Source of the DNA: Malacoraja senta
Lineage: Eukaryota
NCBI GenBank assembly: GCA_038087875.1
Contig: CM075988.1
Coordinates: forward strand, 24,120,001-24,184,000
Length of the DNA: 64,000 nucleotides
Direction: 5' to 3'
Part shown: positions 24,875 to 38,157 of the stretch, in pieces
Layout: every line of letters begins with the position of its first letter
Position numbering within the stretch: position 1 is the first letter of the stretch
Notes under the pieces: generated by a model
The model's input: only the letters and a program-made list of their open reading frames with translations
Databases searched by the model: none
What the model was told of the DNA's origin: nothing
Translations under genes and position numbers: made by a program

Positions 24875-25100
24875 AAGATGGACACAAAACGCTGGAGTAA
24901 CTCGGCGGGTCGGGCGGTATCTCTGGAGAATATGGACGGGCGACGTTTCAGGTCGGGAGCCTTCTTCAGTCTGAATGAAGGTCCTGACCTGAAACGTCAC
25001 CCATCCATTTTCTCCGGAGATGCCGCCTTACCCGCTGTGATACTCCAGCATTTTGTGTCTATCTTCGATAGAAACCAGCATTCGCAGTTCCTTCCTACAC
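24875..25100. repeat. Inverted pair of Penelope 3'-repeats, each with a diverged hammerhead motif
   Basis: GGGCGACGTTTCAGGTCGGGAGCCTTCTTCAGT directly followed by CTGAATGAAGGTCCTGACCTGAAACGTCACCC. Confidence 0.75.
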
Positions 25101-25118
25101 CACAGGTTTATAGGTTAA

Positions 25119-25449
25119 TAGCCCTGTCCCACGGTACGAGTTCATTCCAAGAGCTCTCCCGAGTTAAAAAAAAATCAAACTCATGGTAAGCGCGTAGAAT
25201 GAACGTAGCGGGTACGTCGGAGCTCGGGGACGTCTCTTAGCGGCTCGTAACGCTAACGGCAGGTACTCGGGAAGACTCGCTAACGGCAGGTAAGCACGGG
25301 AAGACTCGTGAAGATTTTTCAACATGTTGAAAAATGTCCACGAGAGCCCCGAGTACCGACGAGTGGCCATTACCGTAAATCTCCGAGTTCGAACCAGGGC
25401 AAACTCGGGAGAACTCTTGGAATGAACTCGTACCGTGGGACATGGGTTT
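25119..25449. mobile_element. Harbinger-type MITE with about 45-bp TIRs
   Basis: TAA-TAGCCCTGTCCCACGGTACGAGTTCATTCCAAGAG...CTCTTGGAATGAACTCGTACCGTGGGACATGGGTTT-TAA; interrupts a CR1 fragment. Confidence 0.85.
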
Positions 25450-27959
25450 TAAGGTGAAGGTGAAAAGATTTAACAGGAGTCTGATGGACAGCTTTTTCAC
25501 ACAAAGGGTGGTGGGTGTATTGAACGAGCTGCCAGAGGAGGTAGTCGAGGCTGGGACTATCGCAACGGTTAAGAACCAGTTAAACAGGTACATGGATAGG
25601 AGAGGTTTGGAGGGATATGGGTCAAACACAGGCAGTGTAGATGGGACATGTTGGCCGGTGTGGGCAAGTTGGGCCTGTTTCCACGCTGTGCGACTGACTC
25701 TATGACCATAGCGGTATTACCATCTGTACTGCACTGATGTCACAGGAAGCTGAAGACACTCAACGACAAAAGACTTCAATCTGATACCGTCGACTTTAAT
25801 TTGAGAGTACTGCTTTATTACATTAAGCGCTGAAGAATTAATAAACAATCTGCATTCATTAAGGAATTCCATAAGACATAAGACATAAGTTACATAAGAC
25901 ATGTGGTGAGAGGATACTTGTGAGGGGGAGGAGGAGGGGGAGGGGTGCAAGAGGCTGGCTGTAGAAAGGGCACCGTCTCGGAGAGTGAGAATAGCAACTA
26001 TTTATTTCGCAGCAAGGATCGTGTCAAGCCAAATTCTTCAAGTAACAATACAAGTGCTGGTTTACATAACGCACTGTGTTCAGTCCAGGGAACTAATTTC
26101 CATTCCTGTGGATCAGCACAAGTTTTGAGAGAACAACATAATTAATGACGAGAATGAGTTCCTGGAGCCATGTGTGCACGTTCCCACCGGCAAAGCCCAC
26201 TGCCCGGCCAGTCTTTCCTCCGTCACCCGCGGCTGTAGTCTTTCAGCTCAACGTTTCCAAATGCCCAATATTTATTCATGGAAAAATATATCATATGGAC
26301 TATTACATCTCAATGCCACGCTACCAATCAATGCAGCCCCCACAGACTCGCTGAACGCTGCCAAGTTTCACTGTTCCCATGGACGGGTAACTATTGATGC
26401 ACTGACCTACTGTAGATATGTACCCAGCGCAGGGAGCGCACAGCAGAGCCCAGCAACGCATTACGTTACAGTATACACTCACACACACACACTCACACAC
26501 ACACTCACACACACTCACTCACACACACACACAGCAGAGCTCAGCACTGCATTATTGTACAGTACGCACACACCCTCACAAACACACTCACAAACACTCA
26601 CACACACTCACAAACATTCAAACACACACTCAGAAACACACACAAACACTCACACACTGACACACAGCAGAGCTCAGCACTGCATTATGTTACAGCACAC
26701 ACACACACACACTCACTATTCACACTTGTGCTTTGTATTAGAGAAGTCACTGAAGAGCAAACAATTCTAGATATAAACATTTTGTGTACAGGTCATGTCG
26801 TTAGACCAGACTTGCCCTCGGAAATTCAACCTTTTTTTCTCAACTGTAACAAGCCCCTTGGGGCTCATCACATCAATGAGCCTTGAAGTGTAGGAACAAA
26901 ATACCCACATCAACATGTACACACACACACACAGGACAACGGTCATCTATTCGAGCAGCTCTGTGGTTTTCCAGTTAATTTCCGATTAGTTTTTTACCTC
27001 CCTAAGATTTACCAGAGAGCCTTACAGCATGGAAACAGGCCCTTCAAAAAGAAAAAAAACAATTCTTCAAGCCCCATATTGGTTGCACAGTGGCACAGCA
27101 GTAGAGCTATCACCTCAGCCCCAGATTCAATTGTGACTACATGTACTGTCGGAACAGAGTTTGCACGTTCTCGCCGTGACCTGCGTGGGTTTTCTCAGAG
27201 ATCTTCGGTTTCCTCCCACACTCCAAAGACGTGCAGGTCTGTAGGTTAATTGGCTTGGTGTAAATGTAAAATTGTCCCTAGTGTGTGTGTGTGCGTAGGA
27301 TAGTGTTAGTGTGCGGGGATCGCTGGTCGGCGCGGACTCGGTGGGCCGAAGGGCCTGTTTCCGCGCTGTATCTCTAAATCTCAATTGCATTCAACATCCC
27401 ACCTCATTAATACTGAACTTAATCCACGCAAGGCCTTAGCTCTCATTCCAACTCAGTTAAAAAAAACAACGGCTCCCAGCTCCATTTTGTCAAATTCGTC
27501 CCCATGTTCTGGGAACAGGAGTATTAAACACACTTGATTCTGCACAGTATGTGGTCCTTGCAGTAAATCGCTCAAATTAAACCGTAGATCTTCAGCTGTC
27601 ATGCACAGGTTATTTCAACATATCATAGCTAAACACCAAGGAGATTATCTGTGTGGAGCAGGTTGAAAAATACACACAGACAGAGCCCTACCTCCCTCCT
27701 CCCCATAAAATGTCCACAGCGCACTGGCGATAACACTGCTTATTCCAGTTCATGCTGTTTATGTGAAGCAGATAAGGACAGGAATCATTTTTGCCCTTGA
27801 AGGCAGAGGGCAATTTTTACTCATCAGCAGTTTCAGCAGAGCGATCCTGAAACTATTACACAGTCAGTGAAAAATAGTCTCTACTGAGAGGATGTTGCAC
27901 TCACATCTTCAAATATAGGTCTCCACAAGGAACGTTCAAAGCAGCAGTGTCTCGCAGAA

Positions 27960-27962
<3 letters not shown>

Positions 27963-27991
<29 letters not shown>

Positions 27992-28296
27992 CTGTGTGTG
28001 TGTGTCTGTGTGTGTGTCTGTGTCTGTGTGTGTGTCTGTGTCTGTGTCTGTGTGTCTGTCTGTGTCCTTGTCTGTGTCTGTGTCTGTGTCTGTGTCTGTG
28101 TGTGTCTGTGTCTGTGTCTGTGTCTGTGTCTGTGTCTGTGTGTGTGTCTGTGTGTGTCTGTGTGTGTGTCTGTGTGTGTCTGTGTGTGTCTGTGTGTCTG
28201 TGTGTCTGTGTGCGTGTGCGTGTCCGTGTCCGTGTCCGTGTCCGTGTCTGTGTGTGTGTCTGTGTGTGTGTGTGTGCGTGCGTGCGTGTGTGTGTG
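27963..28296. repeat. Compound (GT)n/(GTGTCT)n microsatellite
   Basis: Seen directly. Similar tracts at 26476-26715 (CA-rich), 40143-40352 (CT/GT) and 50598-50635 (GT). Confidence 0.95.
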
Positions 28297-28999
28297 GGCA
28301 GCTGGTCGTGTGGTCGGATGTCTGTGCAGGATTAGGCCATTCGGCCCATCAAAGAGGGCAGCACAGTGGTGCAGCATCAGAGAAGTAGACAAACTTGTCC
28401 CTCAAAAAAGCTTTTGAGGGTACCTCAGTACACGTGACAATAGACCAAACTAAAATATGATTATGCCTCTGGGAATGACTAGCTGTTTGCGATTTTCAGC
28501 GTCAATATTTCAACTCTCCAGAATTGGTCCAGATTCTCGCTCAGACTTTGGACTAATACACCCCATCGATTTTCTGGTGAAGTTGCCGTTTTCAGATAAA
28601 ACGCAAGCACTGAAGCAAACATCCTCGAGGCGGTCCTGGGTTTCAGAGATGCTGCAATTAGTGTCTTTAGCCAGAGAGTAAGCATGACGTTCGTGGGTCA
28701 CTCACATCTGCGCACAGTGATACCACTGCAGCCGAGTACGTGCTTGTGTTAAAACAATGCCCGAGGTTCCAAACCTGTGTACGTTGAATTGGTGCACTGC
28801 TCTCTAATCCCAGCCACCCCCTGAAATACGCTTTCTCCTCTCTCTCCCCCCCCCCCCCCACGACCAACACCCCCCTGCCTCACCCCTTCTACCACCACCA
28901 CCCACGCCTCATTTCCCTCCCCCACCCCTGACTCAGTCTCGACCCAAAACGTCACCTATTCCTTTTCTCCAGAGACGCTGCCTGTCCCGCGGAGTTACT

Positions 29000-29288
29000 T
29001 TAGTTTAGAGCTACAGCGCGGAAACAGGCCCTTCGGCCCACCGAGTCCGCCCCGACCAGCGATCCCCGCACACTAACACCATCCTACACACGCCAAGCCA
29101 ATTAACCTACAAACCTGCACGTCTTTGGAGTGCGGGACGAAACCGATGATCTCGGAGAAAACCCACGCAAGCCACGGGAAGAACGCACAAACTCCGTACA
29201 GGCAGCACCTGTGGTCGGGATGGAACCCGGGTCTCTAGCGCTGCGAGCGCTGTAAGGCAGCAACTCTACCGCTGCGCCACCGTGCCGC
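29000..29288 (-). mobile_element. tRNA-derived SINE (HE1/V-SINE-like)
   Basis: Reverse complement of the same consensus. Other copies at about 11095-11388(+), 27085-27378(+), 39978-40392(+), 48690-48935(-), 54338-54650(-), 58072-58365(-), 60405-60710(+), 62120-62425(-). Confidence 0.88.
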
Positions 29289-30416
29289 TCTTTGTGTCTA
29301 TCTTCTCCAGCACTTTGTGTCTATCGTCGGTTTAAACCAGCATTTGCAGTTCCTACCTACACATCATCAAAACCTTTGTTCCAATGTCCAATGGATACAG
29401 CGTTGGCTCATGTTCACACAGATTGTAAAGTTTTGTTCCTTTTAATGTTTGACCGAAATAAACATATTCATTCATTCATTCAAAATTAGGCCATTCGGCC
29501 CATCAAGTCTACTCTGCCATTCAATCATGGCTGATCTATCTTTCCCTCACAACCCCATTCCCCTGCCTTCTCCACATAACCCTTGACACCCCGTACTAGA
29601 ATAGTGGACCCGCCGTCTGTGGCAATGAATTCCACAGATTCACCACCCTCCGACTAAAGAAATTCCTTCTCTTCTTCCTAAATATACTCAGTATATTCAA
29701 CAATGGGAATTCACAGGGAATCATGAAAATCTGAGATTAGGTTGGGAAAGTGAATTTGAGGTAAACAAACTGAATGACACTGCGTTCGAATCTGTTCATC
29801 TATTGGCCATAATCACACGTTAGCAATTTTAATCAAATCTATAAGGTGACTTAATGTTTGGGAAAGTGAATTAGGTGCGCGCCGGGGCTCTAACACCACG
29901 ACCCTGCATTAACCGGCGTGGCTTTAATGGCCACGGGATGATCACCATCGCCCGCCGGGGGCTTTGACTTTGACTCTGACATCGGGGGGGGGGGGGGGGG
30001 GGCAGTGGAGAGATACGTTTTTTTTGCCTTCCATCACAGCGCTGTGATGGATGGATGTGTAAATTGTGTTGTGTCTCCGGTCTTCTTCGTTTTGTATTGT
30101 ATGGCTGCAGAAACGACATTTTGTTTGGACCTCAAGGGGTCCAAATGACAAATTTGTCCAAAAGACAAATAAACAAATTGTTTCTTTATCCCACAGTCTT
30201 AAACTGATACTTGTTTCCCATCAACTTTTGTAGACCAATTTTCTGTGGTTTCATCATTCTAAACATAGTTTTGAACAAAACCTTCACTGAGTAAGCTAAA
30301 GAAACTTAGACCCCTGCCCACGTTATGTACAAGTCACCAAGTCCGACTGTAGGTAGACACAAAATGCTGGAGTAACTCAGCGGGACAGGCAGCATCTCTG
30401 GAGAGAAGGATTGGGT

Positions 30417-30445
30417 GACGTTTCGGGTCGAGACCCCTTCTTCAG
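30417..30445 (-). ncRNA. Minimal hammerhead motif (one extra G), sense to the nectin1 pre-mRNA
   Basis: Reverse complement CTGAAGAAGGGGTCTCGACCCGAAACGTC. Confidence 0.5.
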
Positions 30446-31347
30446 ACTGAGGCTCAGGGGAAAGGGAAACAAGAGATATAGGACAAATGAGGGGAGGTTC
30501 AACGGGATCTGGGGGGTTCTTGTTCATCAGTCAATGAAAGTAAGCATGCAAGTAAAGCAGGCAGTGAAGAAAGCAAATGGCACGACAGCCTTAATAAGGA
30601 CCTCAACCCGAAATGTCACCCATTCCTTCCCGCTTTCTCCCCATATCCCTTGATTCCGTTAGCCCCAAGAACTCTATCTAACTCTCTCTTGAATACATCC
30701 AGTGAATTGGCCTCCACTGCCTTCTGTGGCAGAGAATTCCACAGATTCACAACTCTGTGTAAAAAAGATTTTCCTCATCTCAGTCCTAAATGGCCAACCC
30801 CTTATTCTTAAACTGTGAACCCAGGTTCTGGACTCCCCTACAGTTAGCTCAAGTAACAATGTCAGCACATAGTGATAATAATAATACATTTTATTTATAT
30901 AGTGCTTTTCAAGGACTCAAAGTTAGAGATTACGGTTGGCATGCTGTTAGGAGGCCTGGAATATAGCTCGACAGGTCAGTACACTAGAATGAATCAGACC
31001 TTGGCAGCCTAGGGTATAAATTACGATTGGAATTAAAACTAGCCAGTAGGAGTAATGAATGGTGACATGAGATGATTGGATTTTCATTATCACGCTGTGT
31101 GATTCATTAATACCCTCGGCAAAGAGGAACCTGCTCCATCTCCCTGGTTTGTGTGATGGGCAACACCAAATGCACCACCGCCTTCCACCTTCAATTGTCC
31201 ATTATGCTGATCCAGAGAACCATCTCCTGCAAGAGTAACCGGAGATACGTGTAGTCCTCTCCAGCAATATCCATATGAATAGTATCACCACTTGCTCAAT
31301 GCAGTACCCACTTCCAACCATCATAATATCCTACTTTGGATGCAGTT

Positions 31348-31670
31348 AGGGCGATCACGGTGGCGCAGCGGTAGAGTTGCTGCCTTATGCAGCGAATGCA
31401 GCGCCAGAGACCCGGGTTCGATCCCGATTACCGGTGCTGCCTGTACGGAGTTTGTACGTTCTCCCCGTGACCTGCGTGGGTTTTCTCCGAGATCATCTGT
31501 TTCCTCCCACACTCCAAAGACGTACAGGTTTGTAGGTTAATTGGCTTGGTAAATGTAAACATTGTCCCTCGTGGGTGTAGGATAGTGTTAATGTGCGGGA
31601 TCGCTGGTCGGCGCGGACCCGGTGGGCCGAAGGGCCTGTTTCCGCGCTGTATCTCTAAACTAAACTAAAC
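31348..31670 (+). mobile_element. Full-length tRNA-derived SINE (HE1/V-SINE-like)
   Basis: A box 31361-31371, B box 31415-31424, tail CTCTAAACTAAACTAAAC. Confidence 0.9.
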
Positions 31671-34042
31671 TGACACTATTATTAACTTTCGCTCCTTTTA
31701 ATGGCCAGCATTTTCCAACCTCCATTATAACTCCGGCAGGGATTAGCGCTCAGCACGCATCTAATCGTTGCACACGTGCTTGGAGTGCTGCTGCTTGCAG
31801 CCAACCTTGTTGGTAAAAGCAATGCTGCCCCAGAGCTCCATCCATCCTCCACCAACCCAGACCCGCTCGGCCAGACGGCTGTGGAGGCCAAGTCAATGGA
31901 TATTTTTACGGCAGAGATCGACAGAGTCTTGAATAGTACGGGTGTCAGGACTTACGGGGAGAAGGCAGGAGAAAGTCTGAAGGGTCTCGACCCGAAACCT
32001 CACCCATTCCTTCTCTCCAGAGATGCAGCCTGTCCCGCTGAGTTACTCCAGCATTTTGAGTCTATCTTAGGCAGGAGAAAGGTTGAGAGATCAGCCATGA
32101 TTGAACGGCAGAGAAGACTGGATGGGCCGAATGGCCTGATTCTTCTCCTATCACTTACGAACCTATGAACCCCCAACAATGCTCAACGTGCCAGCTCCAC
32201 CATAGCTTGCCCGCAAGTAGTGGCCACACGGGAGATCAGTGGACGTGCTTTGCCAGAGGCAGAGCCCAGAGGAATGGCAGATACAGCGGTCACTGCAACC
32301 GGCAGCAAGGCGCTAAAAGCATTTGCAGAAGCTGACGCCGGCTAATTGGAAAAGGTTTCCGACGCCAAGCACTGGGTGGATAAGATAAGCAGATGCAGCA
32401 TTGGTAAACTGGCACCAGACAAAGTTCCTCTGGGGATCACGGGTTCAGATCCACTCATCGTCTGTCACCCGGTCGGTGCCACTGCAGAAAGGATTTGCCA
32501 GCAAGTTGAAGCTTCCTGAAGAGTGAAGTGATCCCAATGAGAATGAAGAGAAGGTGGGAAACGGCCAAAGGGCGGCACATTGGAAACCGGGGCTCCTGGA
32601 GAAAACCCACATGGTCACACTGTTCCTTAGTCACAGGGTGGTGAATCTGTGGAATTCTTTGCCACAGAAGGTTGTGGGGGCCAAGTCAGTGGATATTTTT
32701 AAAGCGGAGATAGATTCATGACGAGTACAGGCGTCAGGGGTTATGGGAGAAGGCAGGAGAATGGGGTTGAGAGGGAGAGATAGATCAGTCACGATTGAAT
32801 GGTGGAGTAGACTTGTCGGGCCAAATAGGCTAATTCTACTCCTATCACATATGACGGGGACAATGTACAAACTCTGCACACTGACAGCACCCCTAGTCAG
32901 GATCGAACCTGGGTTTTGGGCGCTGTAAGGCAGCAACTCTACCGTTGCGCCACCATTACAAGCAAAGGTTGGACAAGTTAAGGTTGTACCTTTTGGAGTA
33001 GAGAAGAGCGGTAGACGACAAGACAATAGGTGCAGGAGTAGGCCATTCGGCCCTTCGAGGCAGCACCGCCATTCAATGTGATCATGGCTGATCATCCCCA
33101 ATCAGTACCCCGTTCCTGCCTTCTCCCCATATCCCCTGACTCCGCTATCTTTAAGAGCCCTATCTAGCTCACTCTTGAAAGCATCCAGAGAACCTGCCTC
33201 CACCGCCCTCTGAGGCGGAGAATTCCACGACTTGACTGAAATATACACGGGTCGCGAGCGGTCTTGACGGAGGGCATGCAGAGAGGATATTTCCTCTTGC
33301 TGGAGAATTTACAAGCAGGAGTCACCGTTTAAAAATCGGGGGTCATGCACTGAAGACAGGCGAGGGGGAAACTTCCCCTCGGAAGGTCATCATTGGATCT
33401 CACCACCTCAAAGGACAGTGAGGGCAGTCTTAAATATTCCAAAATCAGAACTTGAGGAATACTTGATTGGAAAGGGGGTGGAAGATTCCGATGGGGGTGA
33501 GCACGGAATGTGCGGATGAGGTACAAGATCCCCCATGAATTTATTAAATGGGGAGAAGCCCGATGGAGCAAGTGACATGCTCTTGCTATTTTACACAGGT
33601 GTGTAACGTCACAATGGACGCAACAGTGAATAGAAATCTACTTCTCTCCCACCACCAGGATTTCATTACCAACTATGCAACTGAGGAACGTTTGGAAAAC
33701 TATTACTAAAATGGACACCCGCCTCTCATTCCTGACGAGTTTGAGTTGAGCTTATTGTCACGTGTACCGAGGTACAGTGAAAAGCCTTTTGCTGCGTGCT
33801 AACCAGTCAGCGGAAAGACAATACATGATTACAATCGAGCCGTTCACAGCGTACAGATACGTGCTAAAGGGAATAACGTGAATAGCACTCCGTGCAAGTT
33901 AAATCCAGTAAAGTCCGAGCAAAGACAGAGATGGTCCCCAGTGTCTCCATGAGGTAGATTGGAGTTTAGGACCGAAGATAGACACAAAAAGCTGGAGCAA
34001 CTCAGCGGGCCAGGCAGTATCTCTGGAGAGAAAGGAATGGGT

Positions 34043-34071
34043 GACGTTTCGGGTCGACAACCCTTCTTCAG
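34043..34071 (-). ncRNA. Minimal hammerhead motif, sense to the nectin1 pre-mRNA
   Basis: Reverse complement CTGAAGA-A-GGGT(TGTCG)ACCC-GAAA-C-GTC; the variation is confined to loop II. Confidence 0.55.
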
Positions 34072-34217
34072 ACTCTGCTCTCTAGCTGTTGGTAGGAGGG
34101 TTCAGTTGCCCGATTACAGCTGAAATGTGACAATGCAAGATGGAGTAGGATCTGGTAACCCAACGAGATCACCCTTTCCGTTTAGAAGCCGCTCTTACAC
34201 AGGGCATTGTTCCAAAA

Positions 34218-34547
34218 CAGTGGGCGGAAATCGTTTTAAAACTTGGGGGTGGGGGGGGGGAACCACACAATGAGGCTGCCATCTAGGACAGGGTCGGCAA
34301 CCTATGGCCCAGGGGGCGGATCCGGCCCCTAACCCAAAATCTTTCGGGCCCGTTTTTTTTTTCCCAATTAGTTTTCTCGGACCTGGGAACTGCAGCCAGA
34401 CCTGGGCAAGCGAGTCGACCTGGACTGGCTGTAGTACCCAGGTCACAAAACATTGGGGGGGGTGGGGGGAGATTGTCCCCCACCTCTCAAAACATGGGGG
34501 GGGGGGGGACTGGGCCCCCATCGTCCCCTTCAGGATTTCCGCCCATG
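34218..34547. mobile_element. hAT-type non-autonomous element
   Basis: TIRs CAGTGGGCGGAAATC / GATTTCCGCCCATG. 8-bp flanks TTCCAAAA (34210-34217) and TTCCAACA (34548-34555). Confidence 0.75.
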
Positions 34548-35550
34548 TTCCAACAGGTCAGATGGCTGTTTTAGCATCCATTAGGACGGCAGCAGGGAGA
34601 GGATTCTCAAGAGCCCTTTGAGGTAAACAGTGCTGAGGGAGCATGTGGCGCTCCCAGCTGCTGATGCCTCCCACTCTCTGCACATTTGTCCAAGTTGGCT
34701 GCTTATGTCTCTGGCATAGTGCTGCTGTCAGCCTGTGCCGTAATCCTCGCCTGCAGACACTGTTCTCAGACACACCTCCGGTACCCAGGGAGTGCTCGCA
34801 ACAATACAGCAAGGCAGAAGAGAGAGGGCTCACACACACACAGTCACTAATAGCTATTGCAAGGAATCAAAAGGGCTGAACTGCCAATTAGCAGAAGCCA
34901 ACTGTCCTTCGAGCTCCCGGCCAATGAGTGACAACGTACGGACTACAGCCAAAGGTGCAACTGTGGACATGGAGCTCTGCACAAGGTGTGGAAAGGTGTG
35001 CTGATGAGAAATCTCAGTCAAACGCCAAGCTTTCAATAATATCTTCCCAAGACTCATCATTTGTTTAATTCAGTTTAGTGATACAGCGCGGAACCGACCC
35101 TTCGGCCCACCAAGTCCGTGCTGACCAGCGAACTCAGAGTACCACAACTATCGTGCACGTTGGGGCACATATAATTTTGCCAAAGCCAATTAACCTACAA
35201 ACCCGTACGTCTTTGGGGTGTGGGAGGACACCGGAGATCCTGGAGAAAATCCACAGGGAGAACGTGCAAACTCCGTACAGACAGCACTCGTCGTCAGGAT
35301 CGATCCGGCCTGTAACGTCGCCCATTCATGTCCTCCTAAGATGCTGCCTGATCCGCTGAATTACTCCCATTACTTTGGATCTTTTTTTGTTGTAAACCAG
35401 CAGTACCTTGTGTAAGTAAGTAAGTTTTATTTATATAGCACGTTTAAATCAACTTGCGTTGAAACCAAAGTGCTTTACATAAAAGAAATAATTAGGTTTC
35501 CGTACATCAGTACTTCAAGAACAATAGGTATGGATATCCTTTCACATACT

Positions 35551-35770
35551 GTGTAGGAAGGAACTGCAGATGCTGTTTAAAAACCGAAGAAAGATGCAAA
35601 AGCAGGAGTAACTCAGCGGGACAGCAGCATCTCTGGAGAGAAGGAATGGGTGACGTTTCAGGTCGAGACCCCTTCTTCAGACGTCTCGACACGAAACGCA
35701 CACGCCATTCCTTCTCTCCAGAAATGCGGCCTATCCCGCTGAGTTACTCCAGCTGTCTGTGTCTATCTTC
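35551..35770. repeat. Fold-back Penelope 3'-repeat
   Basis: Minus-strand copy with a near-intact motif (35652-35680) followed by an inverted partial copy. Confidence 0.75.
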
Positions 35771-36629
35771 TTTGATAGAGTGGTTTACCTTTCCAATGAA
35801 ATGACGGCATGATACCATTATTATTGCACGGCAATGTATTTTCACGGTGGGTGTAAACCACAAATTTGGAATATTACCAGCTGAGATCAAAGTGAAATGT
35901 GAAACCTGGCTAAGCTGTCAGACTGCGGAATTACAACTCATCCCAGCAGTTCATATTGAAACAGCTCGCACACAAGGATTTCCAGAGGGAGTATGTGTTT
36001 TTACAATCCAACTTATTTACTTTGCAAAAGAACCCTTTCATTTGGAAAACAACATTTTAAATAATCAGCAACAGAGGAGTTTTGGCAAGTTTCACCGATC
36101 AGAGAGATTATGGTTGCAATAGAACCAGATCACACTAAACACACCCTTTTAACAGATATGATGTATCACAGGATAATGGCTGTGGTTTTCAGTGGAACTG
36201 TAAAGGACATCCAGAATTAATCTGTGTAGGAGGGAACTGCAGATGTTGGTTACACCGAAAATAGACACAAAATGCTGGAGTTTAGTTTAGACATACAGCA
36301 CGGAAAAGCTGGGCCCTCGCCATGCCGACCAGCGATCCCCGCACATTAACACCATCCTACACCCACCAGGGACAATTTTTACATTTACCAAGCCAATTAA
36401 CCTACACAAACCTGCACGTCTTTGGAGTAACTCCGCGGAATCAGGCAGCGTCTCTGACAGACGAAATCTACAAGGCCTCGTCTAGGCGGAAACGGCTTTC
36501 TATTCTGCCGCAAGTATTCAGGACAAAGTGGATGTCAGAGCAAATTGACCCCATGAACGGTGAGCTGGGAGGGGCGGGAGACCTTCGTGGAAATGCAGAA
36601 CAGCAGCGCAAAGAAAACTAAACGTAAAC

Positions 36630-37520
36630 CTGCAGGTACAGAAGGCAGTGAAGGATACACATGGCATGTTGGCCTTCATAGCAAGAGGACTTTAGTATAG
36701 GAGCAAGGAGGTCCAACTGCAGTTGTACAGGATCCTGGTGAGACCACACCTGGAGTATTGTGTGCAATTGGTCTCCTAATTTAAGGAAGGATATTCTTGC
36801 TATTGAGGGAGTGCAGCGTAGGATCACCAGGTTAATTCCCAAGATGGCGGGACTGACATATGATGAAAGAATGGTCGACTGGGCTTGTATTTAGAAGGAT
36901 GAGAGCGGATCTTACAGAACCGTATAAAAATCTTAAGGATTGGACAGGCCAGATGCAGGAAAAAATTCCCTCTCGCTCACACTTGTCCTCTTCATGAAGG
37001 TGCTTACTGATGGAGAAGTGGCACAGAAGAGGTGATCAAGCCTAGGGATCAGCCATGTTGTGGACCAAGTGGACAACTCCTATTATCTTGTATTCGAGAT
37101 ACAGCACGGCCCACAGAGTCCATGCCAGCCATCGACTACCCGTTCATCCTTGCATGTTAGGGGCCGCTCGTCTACAAACCTGCATATCTTTGGGATGTTG
37201 GAGGAAACCAGACTTACTGGGGGAACTGGTCCAGGACCAGGGGCCACAGTTTAAGAATAAGGGCTAGGCCATTTAGGACTGAGATGAGGAAAAGCTTTTT
37301 CACTCAGAGAGTTGGGAATCTGTGGAATTCTCTGCCACAGAAGGCAGTGGAGGCCAATTCACGGAATGTTTTCAAGAGAGAGTTAGATATAGCTCTTAGG
37401 GCAAATGGAATCAAGGGATATGGGGAGAAAGCAGGATCGGGGTACTGATCCGCCATGATCATATTGAATGGTGGTGCTGGCTCGAAGGGCCGAACGGCCT
37501 TCTCCTGCATCTATTTTCTA
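36630..37520 (+). mobile_element. CR1 3' fragment interrupted by a non-CR1 segment (36966 to about 37228)
   Basis: LVRPHLEYCVQ region, then the insert, then GGGCCACAGTTTAAGAATAAGGG and the tail. Confidence 0.8.
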
Positions 37521-37769
37521 TGACTATAGACAAAGAATGCTGGAGTAACTCAGCGGGCCAGGCAGCGTGTCTGGATAGAAGGAATGGGTGACATTTTGGG
37601 TCGAGACCCTTCTTCAGACCGCGATGGGGGAAGAGGTAAACTAGGGATATGAAGAGGTACAGAACAAATGAACGAAAGGTACGCAAAGGGACAAATCAAG
37701 CCAGAAACAGACTCTTCTACTGAAGGAGAATATGCTCAGACACTCCGTATAGCAGCAAGCTGGCCATGT

Positions 37770-38142
37770 ATAGACAATAGACAATAGGTGCAGGAGTCGG
37801 CCATTTGGCCCTTCCAGCCAGCACCGCCATTCAATGTGATCATGGCTGATCATCTCCAATCAGTACCCCGTTCCTGCCTTCTCCCCATATCCCCTGACTC
37901 CGCTATTTTTAAAGAGCCCTATCCGGCTCTCTTGAGCTCTCCTATCCAGAGAACCTGCCTCCACCGCCCTCTGAGGCAGAGAATTCCACAGACTCACCAC
38001 TCTCTGTGAGAAAAAGTGTTTCCTCGTCTCCGTTCTAAATGGCTTACTCCTTATTCTTAAACTGTGTGTGGCCCCTGGTTCTGGACTCCCCCAACATCGG
38101 AAACATGTTTCCTGCCTCTAGTGTGTCCAAGCCCTTAACAAT
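37770..38142 (-). mobile_element. Young CR1 3' fragment, host of the Penelope insertion (resumes at 39424-39448)
   Basis: The consensus CCCTTAACAATCTTATATGTTTCAA is split by the insertion. Confidence 0.88.
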
Positions 38143-38157
38143 GTTTGTTTTGTTTTG

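Noticed and set aside
27901..28417. Cys/Val- or His/Thr-rich ORFs (also 8690-9179, 26174-26770, 39877-40394)
   Set aside because: Translations of microsatellites.
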